Shown: positions 45,902 through 54,997 of the stretch, piece by piece
Layout: every line of letters begins with the position of its first letter
How positions within the stretch are numbered: the first letter of the stretch is position 1
Assembly (NCBI GenBank): GCA_023061495.1
Contig: GCA_023061495.1_3643.1
Origin: Escherichia coli
GTDB lineage: Bacteria; Pseudomonadota; Gammaproteobacteria; Enterobacterales; Enterobacteriaceae
Direction: 5' to 3' (one strand)
DNA: 64,000 nucleotides
Notes under the pieces: model-generated
Seen by the model: only the letters and a program-made list of their open reading frames with translations
Told to the model about the DNA's origin: nothing
Databases searched by the model: none
Program-made: the position numbers and the translations under genes

Positions 45902-46522
45902 ATGGCATGGTATGAAGATGAAGAGATTATCCCGTCCCCGCCTAACCATGATGGTGCAGTAGATACCCCAGAAGAACCACCAAAAGAAGATCCTGTACCT
46001 CCGGAACCTGATCCAGACCAACCTCTTATTAATATTATGAGGTTGTTGCTTGGCAATGTTGATGAGGAAACCCTCCCTGACGAGGTAATTAAAACATTCC
46101 TTGACATGGAGAAGTTGAAACTAAATTATCCGGCAGATCCTGATAAGCTGCCTCTGCTTAAGTACAATGTGCTTGTGCAGCTTGTGCGGTGGCTGATGAT
46201 GCAGGAAGTGTCCAGCGGTAATGCAAGTATAACTTCCCGTCTGGAAAAAATAGGTGATGAGACCATAGAGATTCGTGGTGGATCTTCCTACGCCCAATGG
46301 AAAGATTTCCTTGATTGGCTGCTGGCACACCCAGACTATGTAGATTCTGAGTTAGATGCTTACAGCAGAATGATTATCATTGGTGGTGTTCGTGTAGACG
46401 AAGGAATTCGGGTTAAATTTAATGAAAACAGCAACGGACCGTTCGATGTCCAGGGGATTACACCTATCAGTGGTCTAAATAACCAACCTCCTCGCCACCC
46501 AAGACGCAAACGCAGTTTTTAA
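45902..46522 (+). CDS. hypothetical structural protein
   Basis: 206 aa, Pro/acidic N-terminus. Confidence 0.45.
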   Translation: MAWYEDEEIIPSPPNHDGAVDTPEEPPKEDPVPPEPDPDQPLINIMRLLLGNVDEETLPDEVIKTFLDMEKLKLNYPADPDKLPLLKYNVLVQLVRWLMMQEVSSGNASITSRLEKIGDETIEIRGGSSYAQWKDFLDWLLAHPDYVDSELDAYSRMIIIGGVRVDEGIRVKFNENSNGPFDVQGITPISGLNNQPPRHPRRKRSF

Positions 46523-46575
46523 AAATTGTTGCTTTTGATGTATCTTTGTGGTAAAATACATTAGTGAGGGATATA

Positions 46576-47034
46576 ATGCTAAAGGTTAAATGTCAAACAA
46601 GGTTCAACCTAAAGCGTTTAGATCGCTTCTACAAAGAACTTGTGAGACTTGAAAGTAAAACAATAACCTACGGCTTTTATGACGAACCTCACCCGTCAGG
46701 CTTAAATATGGCAACATTGGCAGCCATTCACAACTTCGGTTGGAACGGGCTGCCTGTTCGCAATTTCATGGAGACAGCCTTTGCATTTCACAGCACTCAA
46801 CTACAGACCTTGACAGAAAAATTGTTGAGAGCTATGGCTAGAGGATCAAGTGCAGAGGCTATTCTTAAGCAGATGGGGGACACAGGGGCCAAAGCTATCC
46901 AGTTTGTTATTGAGGCTGGGCAGTTTAGTAATCCTACTGTTAGCGAGCAGTGGGCACAAGAGAAAGGCTTCAACGAGGCTATGCGGCATTACGATGTGCT
47001 GCTTGAATCTGCAACCTTTAAAATCGGACAGTAA
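46576..47034 (+). CDS. hypothetical head-tail joining protein
   Basis: start set to RBS-supported ATG 46576; position between head and tail genes. Confidence 0.4.
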   Translation: MLKVKCQTRFNLKRLDRFYKELVRLESKTITYGFYDEPHPSGLNMATLAAIHNFGWNGLPVRNFMETAFAFHSTQLQTLTEKLLRAMARGSSAEAILKQMGDTGAKAIQFVIEAGQFSNPTVSEQWAQEKGFNEAMRHYDVLLESATFKIGQ

Positions 47035-47049
47035 AAATAAGGGGGTTGA

Positions 47050-47475
47050 GTGGCAGCAGGTTATAAGCTGATAGGAAAGAACAGACTAATACCTCGTAAA
47101 ACATTCAAAGGTCGCCACAGAGTGTATAACAAAACAGTTGGTGGCCCTTTTGCCAACGAGGGGTTAGAACTTGAGTATGAAGAGTTTGATGTCTTAGAGT
47201 GTGTTGTGCAACCGTTGACAGGAAGGGCAGCTAAAGATTACTCCTCTCAAATAAATCCTGAAGGTGACAGACAGTACGAGGCTTTTACAGTTTACTCCTC
47301 AACCAAGTTGTGCAGTCCAGATGAAGGAACATATGCAATGGCTGATCAAATTCAGCTGCCTGACATCCGTGGTGACTTGAAATGGTTTACCGTTTTAAAA
47401 TGCGATGCATATGTCACATCTGGCGGTGGAAGATATAGATTTTTTGTGGTGGAAGAGCCTGAAGGAGAAAACTAA
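47050..47475 (+). CDS. hypothetical head-tail joining protein
   Basis: GTG start with AAGGGGG RBS; ATGA-type overlap with next gene. Confidence 0.4.
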   Translation: MAAGYKLIGKNRLIPRKTFKGRHRVYNKTVGGPFANEGLELEYEEFDVLECVVQPLTGRAAKDYSSQINPEGDRQYEAFTVYSSTKLCSPDEGTYAMADQIQLPDIRGDLKWFTVLKCDAYVTSGGGRYRFFVVEEPEGEN

Positions 47476-48026
47476 TGGAAGCTTTCGAAAAAGTTTTTTC
47501 TGATCTTGAAACAACCATTGCTAAGCTTGTCAAGGTTGCCACAGGAAGAACTGTAGTTCTGGCAGAAAGCTCTACCATACCGAAGCCGGAAGGTGAGTTT
47601 GTACTTTTACAAACCTTGGCGATCAATCCCACCACTTGGGAAGATAATGAGTTTCAAGATGCGGAGGGTAATGCTTACGTAACACACAGTTACACTGTTA
47701 CCTATCTGTTAACAGCTTATCGTGGCAGGGCACATGCTGCACTTGGCAGAGTATTGCAAGCAATAAACCTTCCAATGTTTTATGACAAGTATTTCCCTCT
47801 GGGATCGTGCTTTGCCTACTCTAACAATTCAACAATCTCACCTCAAAGAGTGCCGTTGAATAAGCAGGCGTATGAAAATAGGGCCACGGTAATGCTGACA
47901 TTTAACGTAAGGTTTGTTGAGACAGACATTGGGGCTTTTGAGGATCTTCAGGGAATTAAGGCTGAAATAACCACACACTTCCCTCCACCCAATTCTGATA
48001 AATCGGTTACAGACAGTGGTCAGTAA
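47475..48026 (+). CDS. hypothetical tail-completion protein
   Basis: 183-aa ORF immediately upstream of sheath-sized gene. Confidence 0.4.
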   Translation: MEAFEKVFSDLETTIAKLVKVATGRTVVLAESSTIPKPEGEFVLLQTLAINPTTWEDNEFQDAEGNAYVTHSYTVTYLLTAYRGRAHAALGRVLQAINLPMFYDKYFPLGSCFAYSNNSTISPQRVPLNKQAYENRATVMLTFNVRFVETDIGAFEDLQGIKAEITTHFPPPNSDKSVTDSGQ

Positions 48027-48098
48027 TCGTTATAATTGTGTAGTGTAATGATTACACTGCGTGTTTGATATCCGTGCACAGATATTAAGAGGAAACAA

Positions 48099-49475
48099 AT
48101 GCCATATTTAGATAAAGTGGTAGATGTTACAGTTAACCTCGGAACCCAACCTATTGACACTGTAGGTTTCGAAACTCCGCTGTTCATCGCTATCCACAAC
48201 AACTTTACTGAGCGAGCTCGTGTATATGCTGAGCTGGATCAGATGGTGGAAGACGGTTTCGCACAAGGCTCTGCAGCGTATGAGTTTGCAGCAAAAGCTT
48301 TCGGCGGTGTATTCCCTCCACAGTATGTTATGATCGGCAGACAAGCCAAAGAAAAAACCACTGTAGATTTTAAAGGTATTGCTGCCGCAGCTGATACCGA
48401 TGTCGTAATGACCATTGCAAAAGGTGGCTACAATACTTCTTTGATAGTCCCTATCTCTGGTGGAACAGGTGCAACTCAGATTGCAGAGGCAATGAAGACT
48501 AAAATCGAAGCCGATGATAACTTGGACGATATCACTGTAGAGGCTGCTGAAGGTGTTATCACCATCACTGGTAACTGCACTGTTGGTTATCATACTGGTA
48601 ACTATACAATCAAAAATATCGCCAATGCTGAAAAACCTTCTACAGTAGTTGATAAGATCAATGCTGAGCGGGACAATTGGTACTTCCTGTGCCATGAAGA
48701 CCACACCGACATTGAAGCATGTGCTAAGTGGGCTCAGGCTAACTACAAGCTGCATGTCTACTCTACTGCAGAAGATGTGACTGGCAAAGAAAGTAACATC
48801 GCCACCAAACTGATGGCTGCACAATATGATAGTGTCGGCATGTACGATCCTCGTGCGGATAAAGATTTTCCGGAGGGTGGTATCATAGGTGCTATGGCAT
48901 CCAACGACCCGTCTTACGGTGACAGTTTGCACTTAAAACAGATGCCTGGTGTGATTGCACCATCTCTGACTTTGACTCAGCGTATGGCGATTTGGGAAAA
49001 CCACGTTAACTTCTACAGAATGATTAACGGTGTTGGCGCTTTCTGGGAAGGTAAGTGTGCTTCAGGTCAGTATGCAGACGCTATTCGTTTTGCACACTGG
49101 ATCAAGTTCAGATCTGAAGAATCCATGTTCGGGTACATGCATCGCCGCTCCAATATGGGTTTAAGCATGAAGATGTCTGATGATGATCTTCCGGTTATCA
49201 AGTCTGTTCTGATGAACAACCCGATCAATACTGGCATTAAGAATGGCGCGATCCTGACAGGTTTTGACGAAGACAACAATGTGTTCTACGACCCGATCAT
49301 CACAGTTCCTAAACGTGCAGAAATCCCAACCAATCAGTTGGCTGCTCGTGTTCTGGAAGGTGTGAAAGTAGAACTGGTGTATAACAACGCCTTGCACTTC
49401 GTTCGTATCCGGATCAACGTCCTCCTGGACAAAGTTGGTTCTAAATCCACCAATGCTGTTGCAATGACTGAATAA
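48099..49475 (+). CDS. putative tail sheath protein
   Basis: 458 aa, host-optimal codons, immediately followed by a 157-aa tube-sized gene and then chaperone/tape-measure genes; call rests on order and size. Confidence 0.5.
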   Translation: MPYLDKVVDVTVNLGTQPIDTVGFETPLFIAIHNNFTERARVYAELDQMVEDGFAQGSAAYEFAAKAFGGVFPPQYVMIGRQAKEKTTVDFKGIAAAADTDVVMTIAKGGYNTSLIVPISGGTGATQIAEAMKTKIEADDNLDDITVEAAEGVITITGNCTVGYHTGNYTIKNIANAEKPSTVVDKINAERDNWYFLCHEDHTDIEACAKWAQANYKLHVYSTAEDVTGKESNIATKLMAAQYDSVGMYDPRADKDFPEGGIIGAMASNDPSYGDSLHLKQMPGVIAPSLTLTQRMAIWENHVNFYRMINGVGAFWEGKCASGQYADAIRFAHWIKFRSEESMFGYMHRRSNMGLSMKMSDDDLPVIKSVLMNNPINTGIKNGAILTGFDEDNNVFYDPIITVPKRAEIPTNQLAARVLEGVKVELVYNNALHFVRIRINVLLDKVGSKSTNAVAMTE

Positions 49476-49485
49476 GGAAGACTAG

Positions 49486-49959
49486 ATGGAAACTCAAATT
49501 TTAACTCCTTATGCGTATGACCCTAAAAAGGTCAAACTGTATCTGATGCAGCAGCGTGTCACTGGCTTCGCTGCTGACACCAAGATCGTTGTTTCAAGAA
49601 ACGAAGACAACATCTACCCTCACGTTGGTGTGGATGGTGAAATGTCTGCGGCACTGTCTCGTAACCAATCTGGTGTTATGACTGTATCCTTACAGAACAC
49701 TTCTGTATGGAACGCTTACCTTTCTGACTGGCAGAAACAGGCATCGATTACTGGTCTGGTATTCTTCCCGGTTCTGCTGGAAGGTAGCCAGGGTCCAGGC
49801 ATTGCTACAATCGGTTGGATCCAGAAACAGCCTGACCTGACTTACGGAACCGAAGTAGGTCAACTGGACTGGGATATCGGTATTCTGGATGCATGGCTCA
49901 ACCGTGACAACATCACTGGTGCTCTCACTGGCCTCGCAGGTCTTGCAGGTATTATCTAA
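49486..49959 (+). CDS. putative tail tube protein
   Basis: 157 aa after sheath candidate, followed by terminator. Confidence 0.45.
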   Translation: METQILTPYAYDPKKVKLYLMQQRVTGFAADTKIVVSRNEDNIYPHVGVDGEMSAALSRNQSGVMTVSLQNTSVWNAYLSDWQKQASITGLVFFPVLLEGSQGPGIATIGWIQKQPDLTYGTEVGQLDWDIGILDAWLNRDNITGALTGLAGLAGII

Positions 49960-49976
49960 GAGCACACTCTAGCATA

Positions 49977-50003
49977 GGCCTCACCTTTGGGTGGGGCTTT
50001 TTG
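49977..50003 (+). terminator. rho-independent terminator
   Basis: GGCCTCACC-tttg-GGTGGGGC followed by TTTTT. Confidence 0.55.
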
Positions 50004-50064
50004 CTTTTAGGGTTTTGACATATTTGTTTGTTTTTAGTATCCTATAATAAAGGAGGAGACAGTC

Positions 50065-51690
50065 ATGGCTAAATTGAGTGCAGAAAGGTTTATCGAAAAA
50101 GCTCGTAGGGTTCACGGAGATAAGTACGACTATTCTCTTATAGAATACAAAACATGCAAAGATAAGATAGAAATAGTCTGCAATACCTGTGGTAACCACT
50201 TCAACCAGACACCGGATAACCATATAAATCTAAAAAGAGGATGCCCTGTTTGTGGAGCTGAGAGATCTGCAAAATCAAGAAAGGGTAAGAAATTCCCCCA
50301 TGAGCGTGGTAACAGGTGCACTACAGAAGAGTGGATCAAGAAGGTACTAAAAAGATATCCTGAAAATGCTGAAAAGTATGATTATAGTCATGTAGTGTAC
50401 AAGACCTCTGGAGATAAGGTTGAGATTCATTGCAAAATGTGCGGAAGAATAATGCACCAGAAACCTAGCAAGCATTTGTCAGGGCAAGGATGCAAGACTT
50501 GCGCAGCAAGATCTGTTTCTGCGAAAAAAGTTCCTAGCTTCCAAGAAATAGTTGAGAGATGTGTAGAAGTACATGGTAGTGATTATGAGTATTTTGAAGA
50601 CTCTTATGTGAACACCTCAACACCTATGATGATGCGCCACAAAGAGTGTGGGAATATCTTCATGCAGCGTCCTGAATTCCATTACGGGAAAGGACAAGGA
50701 TGCCCTCGTTGCTGTCGAAATCAGTCTAATGGTGAGAAAGAGATCCTGACGTTCATTAAAAGTGTGTATAGCGGCGATATTGAAGAGAACGTGCGTATTC
50801 TGGGCAACTTTAAGGATCCTTCCAAGAAAAAGATGGAGCTGGACATTTATGTTCCGGAGCTTAAGCTTGCTGTGGAATATAATGGTGCCTACTGGCACTC
50901 TGTAGACAGTAAGGGGAAATGGTACCACATCCTGAAAAGGAAGGCCTGTGAAAAACAAGGTATTCGCATGTTGTCTATCTGGGATTGTGATTGGCAGGAT
51001 GCTCGGAAAAGACCTATCATTGAGAGATATCTCAAGAATGCTTTAGGAGTCAAAGACGAGAAGACCGTCTATGCCAGAAAGTGCACAGTTAAAGATGTGG
51101 ACAATAAAACTTACCGTGACTTTATGGAGAAAAACCACATTCAAGGGTATGCCCCCGCCAAGGAAGTGAAGAAGGGTCTGTTTACATCTGACGGCGAGCT
51201 GGTAGCTTGTATGAGTTTTAAAATACTGAAAAACAGAGATCAAAAGGTAACCCCTTTCGTTATGTGGGACATGGTAAGGTATGCAACAAGCTGTAACGTT
51301 CCTGGTGGGCGTAGTAAGCTGTTTAAGCATATCCGAGAAGAGTTTAAGATGGATCATGTTCAATCCTTCCTTGACAGAGATTACTTCACAGGCGTGTCCT
51401 ATAAGGAGGAGGATGGCTGGATTTTGGCAGAGGACGATCAGGTGTCTACGAGCTTCTGGAGCTACCGTGGTGGCAGAATGCCAAGGCAGGCGTGGTGGAA
51501 GTCAAACATCCCAGAGACACTGAAGCATCTCGGGTTGGACGAGTCCTTATACGATCCTGAGAAAACACAAGAGTGGAATGCCAAAAATGCAGGCTGCTAT
51601 ATCCTTGAAAACAGTGGCAACTCTCGCTTTGAATGGCACAGTGATGAAGGTAAAAATGATCCTGCATACTTGGATTGGTTGAAAGGTTAA
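50065..51690 (+). CDS. putative free-standing homing endonuclease (zinc-ribbon repeats plus nuclease-like domain)
   Basis: three repeats of a CxxC...CxxC module (CNTCGNHF..CPVCG; CKMCGRIM..CKTCA; ECGNIF..CPRCC); central ELDIYVPELKLAVEYNGAYWH resembles a PD-(D/E)xK/Vsr-like core; AT-rich codon usage unlike flanking tail genes. Confidence 0.5.
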   Translation: MAKLSAERFIEKARRVHGDKYDYSLIEYKTCKDKIEIVCNTCGNHFNQTPDNHINLKRGCPVCGAERSAKSRKGKKFPHERGNRCTTEEWIKKVLKRYPENAEKYDYSHVVYKTSGDKVEIHCKMCGRIMHQKPSKHLSGQGCKTCAARSVSAKKVPSFQEIVERCVEVHGSDYEYFEDSYVNTSTPMMMRHKECGNIFMQRPEFHYGKGQGCPRCCRNQSNGEKEILTFIKSVYSGDIEENVRILGNFKDPSKKKMELDIYVPELKLAVEYNGAYWHSVDSKGKWYHILKRKACEKQGIRMLSIWDCDWQDARKRPIIERYLKNALGVKDEKTVYARKCTVKDVDNKTYRDFMEKNHIQGYAPAKEVKKGLFTSDGELVACMSFKILKNRDQKVTPFVMWDMVRYATSCNVPGGRSKLFKHIREEFKMDHVQSFLDRDYFTGVSYKEEDGWILAEDDQVSTSFWSYRGGRMPRQAWWKSNIPETLKHLGLDESLYDPEKTQEWNAKNAGCYILENSGNSRFEWHSDEGKNDPAYLDWLKG

Positions 51691-51763
51691 ATTGACAATG
51701 CACTATAATCATGGTAAAATACACAAATATGGTGCACAACATGACTAATAAGGATGCTATAAA

Positions 51764-52237
51764 ATGGCTATAAACTTTAGACCTACAACAGAGATTGATT
51801 TAGCAGGGCACAACTTTGTGATCACCCACTGGGGACCGATGAAAGCAATGAAAAACATGCCTAAAATCGGTAAGATTGTAGCTGTCCCGCTAGGTGCTAT
51901 CGGTGGATCTATTCTCTCAGGCGGTCAGAATATGGCAGAGGTCCTTCCTACAGCCCTGGCTTACCTGTTCCAAGAACTTGATGATAACTCTATCGAAGAG
52001 TTATTTAAAATCTTGTTTGAAGATATTACCGTGGATGGTGTGGATAAGCTTAACCCTGATGTTGTGTTTGCAGGGCATCTGCTGGAGATGATTAAGCTGG
52101 CAGGTAAGGTTCTGGAGGTTAACTACGGCTGTTTTTTCACACAAGACGGTTTAGGAAGCCTTCTGGAGATGTTACAGCAGATGGGTATGATTCAGCAGGT
52201 GAACAATCTGGATCAGACTCCGGAAGAGCAGGAATAA
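51764..52237 (+). CDS. tail assembly chaperone (gpG-like)
   Basis: 157-aa acidic protein between tube and tape-measure genes; contains slippery heptamer near 3' end. Confidence 0.55.
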   Translation: MAINFRPTTEIDLAGHNFVITHWGPMKAMKNMPKIGKIVAVPLGAIGGSILSGGQNMAEVLPTALAYLFQELDDNSIEELFKILFEDITVDGVDKLNPDVVFAGHLLEMIKLAGKVLEVNYGCFFTQDGLGSLLEMLQQMGMIQQVNNLDQTPEEQE

Positions 52238-52497
52238 GCAAGGTTGTTGTGAGGGCCAGTGAGTGGGCAGCCAAGAACAGTTCACTCAACTGGTTCGACT
52301 TTCTTTGGTGCAGGGTGCTTAAGAATTTCAAAGGGGAAAATTTTGAATCGCTAAATCTTGCAGATATGGCGTATTTCCTGAAGCTCTGTGAGTATCTTGA
52401 TATCGAAGAATTCCTAGATACCGTCCAAAACAGGGAAATGGAGCGGGAGCAGAAGGCTGCCGCAGCTGCTGCGAAAGCTAAGCGCAGGAGAGGATAA
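52123..52497 (+). CDS. frameshift extension of tail assembly chaperone (gpGT-like C-terminal part)
   Basis: -1 frame relative to chaperone, open across the overlap; ORF-track piece 52249..52497 is its distal part. Confidence 0.45.
   Translation, partial: LRLFFHTRRFRKPSGDVTADGYDSAGEQSGSDSGRAGISKVVVRASEWAAKNSSLNWFDFLWCRVLKNFKGENFESLNLADMAYFLKLCEYLDIEEFLDTVQNREMEREQKAAAAAAKAKRRRG
52132..52138 (+). other. candidate programmed -1 ribosomal frameshift site T_TTT_TTC
   Basis: X_XXY_YYZ heptamer in zero frame of chaperone gene; the -1 frame is open from 52123 to stop at 52497. Confidence 0.5.
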
Positions 52498-52502
52498 TCT
52501 AA

Positions 52503-52538
52503 GGGCCGGATTCCTTTTCTGGGATCTGGCCCTTTTTA
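52503..52538 (+). terminator. rho-independent terminator
   Basis: GGGCCGGAT...ATCTGGCCC stem followed by TTTTT. Confidence 0.5.
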
Positions 52539-52551
52539 TTATGAGGAAAGC

Positions 52552-54891
52552 ATGGCTACAAACAAAATAGTTGCCACAACAGTCAACAAGATTGGCTTTG
52601 AGATAGAGAACTCCTCCTACAAAAAAGCTGTAGAGAAAATTCGCAGTATTGGGAGGGAGTTCAGGAAACTGGGCGAGGATTTTAACTCAGCCAACCCAAT
52701 GAGTAGATGGCAGGCAGTGGCTGTTAAAACCCAGCAAACAATGCAGCGGGTTGCCAGACAGCAATCTCAGGCAAATGCTAAACTGCACAGGGAGAGCGTA
52801 GCACAAGCCAAGAAAGAGGCTGCAGTAAGGGCTGCAATAGAACGTAGGGAGAACGCAAGACGTAAACAAGCTGTGGGTAATCTTACCGCTAAAAATCCAG
52901 AAATGGCTAGGATGCGTAAGTTCTACCAGCAGCAAGCTAAAGAGGCCAAAAAGGCTGCCAAATCTGCACCAGTGTCTTACGGCGGTTATAAGGCACCCAA
53001 GGCAAGAGTTTTGGCTAATGCCAAATCTTTCAAGTATATCCCTGGTAACCCTAATATGGGTGGTGTGGCTTCCGACCCTAACCTTGTGAAAGCTCAGACA
53101 GCTGCTATGAATCGTTATCATAGACAGCTAAGAAGAGACAGTAAAGCTGGTATGGATAATAAGCTTATGTCTGATCGTGAGGCAAGGAGAACCCACCTAT
53201 ACAACTCTGCGATAAGACTTTCTGCCAAGTATGGGGCCGGATTCCGTGGAAGCTTGCCAGGATACTCAGAGTTAGAGTCTAGGTTTGCTCGCGGTGAGAT
53301 GAAAAAGTCAACCTTTAACGCCCACCTGTCAGCTCTGCAGTCTGGATTTAAAAGCGCCACCAGCCAAACGCTTACACTGGGTGATGCCATGAGAGACTTA
53401 CGTAGGTCTGTTATTAATGCAACAGCTGCGTATACAGCTTTCTCTGGATTTGCTGCGGTTAACAGATCCGGTCACATGATGGAGGGGGCAAGTGCTGCTC
53501 TTACTGCTGTTACTGGAGATCCAAACAAAGCCAACAGCGAGGTTGCGTTTGTCCAGCAAGAGGCTATGCGTCTTGGTTTTGATCTCAAATCTGGTCTTCA
53601 AGGTTACGCCCAGATGTCGGTAAACGCCAAAAACCAGATGACAAATCAGGAAGTGCATGAGCTGTTTTCTGCATACTCACAGTATGCTGCTGCTTACGGT
53701 GCCGATGAGGTAAAATACCAGCGTGGTATTATGGCAATCCAGCAAATGCTCGGTAAAGGGCAAGTAATGTCCGAAGAACTGAAGCAACAACTTGCTGAAG
53801 CATTGCCTGGTGCATACGAACCTTTTATCAAGGCCACCAAAGAGGCTTTTGGTCTTTCTGAACTCTCCATGGATCAGTTCATGGACATGATGAAGAAAGG
53901 CGAGGTTAAAACAGCCAAGATCATGAAGTATGTGGCTAAGTACATGAACGAGGCATCTGCAGCTGGTTATGAAAGAATGCAGAAGTCTAACGTACTGGCA
54001 GAAAACAGACTGAAAACCTTCATTGAACTGTCTCGTCAGAAACTATTCACCCGTTGGGCTGATGAACTAACAGAGTTCTATTATACACTGATTCGCACTG
54101 GTGAGACTTTGCAATTTGTGTGGGATGCCTCTGGTGATTTTGTTAGTGGTTTTGTGAGAGGTCTCAACTGGGTAGTTGGTGAACTAAACAATACCATAGT
54201 CAAGATCCGCATGTTTTTCCTTGAATGGGGGATTAAATGGGGACTCATAACAGCTAAGACGAAGGAATATTCTGAAGAGCTTAATGACACCTTTAGCTAT
54301 GCTAAATGGGCAGGGTTTGCTGCTGCCATTATGCTGGTAGTGAACGCCCTGACAAAAGGTTTTGTCATGGCATCTATGCTTGTAAAAACCTTCAAATTCC
54401 TTAGTTCTATAAGAGGTGCAGCTGGAGCAGCAGGTGCAGGTGCAGCTACCACAGAAGGATCTGGTGGTGGTGCGGCAGGAAAAGGGGGAGGTGGCCTCAA
54501 GACACCTGGTGGTAAAGTTGGCCTGCTTGGTAAGCTTGGTATTATCGGTACAATATTAAGCGCCGTGGAGTTATTTAATGACCGTTTCAACCCACTGAGT
54601 GAGAGAAATCAGCAACTGGATACTGTCAGCGATATGATTCGCAAAGATATCATATCTGGAGGTAACGGGTTTGTTGATCCTTTGGACACCTTACCGGGAG
54701 GGACTCTTCCGTTGCCAGGTGGCCCTGGTTTTGCTTCTCAATTAAGAACTATGGAAATGCTCCCTTTAGAGATTAGTGATGGTAAAATCACGATTTCAAT
54801 AGATGAGGGGGAGTTTAGCAAAATACTTGATGCAAAACTTGAGTGGGAGAACAACAAGGATATTAACTTTATGTCAACAGATCTTTGGTAA
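52552..54891 (+). CDS. tail tape measure protein
   Basis: 779 aa, helix/coiled-coil-rich with Gly-rich hydrophobic segment (GAAGAAGAGAATTEGSGGGAAGKGGGG); canonical position after chaperone frameshift pair. Confidence 0.8.
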   Translation: MATNKIVATTVNKIGFEIENSSYKKAVEKIRSIGREFRKLGEDFNSANPMSRWQAVAVKTQQTMQRVARQQSQANAKLHRESVAQAKKEAAVRAAIERRENARRKQAVGNLTAKNPEMARMRKFYQQQAKEAKKAAKSAPVSYGGYKAPKARVLANAKSFKYIPGNPNMGGVASDPNLVKAQTAAMNRYHRQLRRDSKAGMDNKLMSDREARRTHLYNSAIRLSAKYGAGFRGSLPGYSELESRFARGEMKKSTFNAHLSALQSGFKSATSQTLTLGDAMRDLRRSVINATAAYTAFSGFAAVNRSGHMMEGASAALTAVTGDPNKANSEVAFVQQEAMRLGFDLKSGLQGYAQMSVNAKNQMTNQEVHELFSAYSQYAAAYGADEVKYQRGIMAIQQMLGKGQVMSEELKQQLAEALPGAYEPFIKATKEAFGLSELSMDQFMDMMKKGEVKTAKIMKYVAKYMNEASAAGYERMQKSNVLAENRLKTFIELSRQKLFTRWADELTEFYYTLIRTGETLQFVWDASGDFVSGFVRGLNWVVGELNNTIVKIRMFFLEWGIKWGLITAKTKEYSEELNDTFSYAKWAGFAAAIMLVVNALTKGFVMASMLVKTFKFLSSIRGAAGAAGAGAATTEGSGGGAAGKGGGGLKTPGGKVGLLGKLGIIGTILSAVELFNDRFNPLSERNQQLDTVSDMIRKDIISGGNGFVDPLDTLPGGTLPLPGGPGFASQLRTMEMLPLEISDGKITISIDEGEFSKILDAKLEWENNKDINFMSTDLW

Positions 54892-54904
54892 TAAACAGCA
54901 CACA

Positions 54905-54929
54905 GGGGGCTCCGGCCCCCTTTATTTTA
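54905..54929 (+). terminator. rho-independent terminator
   Basis: GGGGGC-tccg-GCCCCC followed by TTTATTTT. Confidence 0.6.
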
Positions 54930-54997
54930 TCGGTGTTGTAAAAACGGCTATTTTATGATACAATATTTAGATGGTATCGGAGTGTCCTGGAGAGGTT

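Noticed and set aside
48108-48932. 274-aa minus-strand ORF antisense to the sheath gene
   Set aside because: Lies entirely within a plus-strand gene with strong host-optimal codon usage; no RBS; typical antisense shadow ORF
50020-50060. Promoter upstream of the homing endonuclease gene (TTGACA ... TATAAT)
   Set aside because: Spacer between the -35 and the best -10 hexamer is about 22 nt, too long for a functional sigma70 promoter; alternative -10 hexamers are poor
52687-54590. Minus-strand ORFs inside the tape measure gene (52687..53121, 53118..53390, 53398..53658, 54081..54290, 54297..54590)
   Set aside because: Antisense to a long, well-supported plus-strand gene; low-complexity translations
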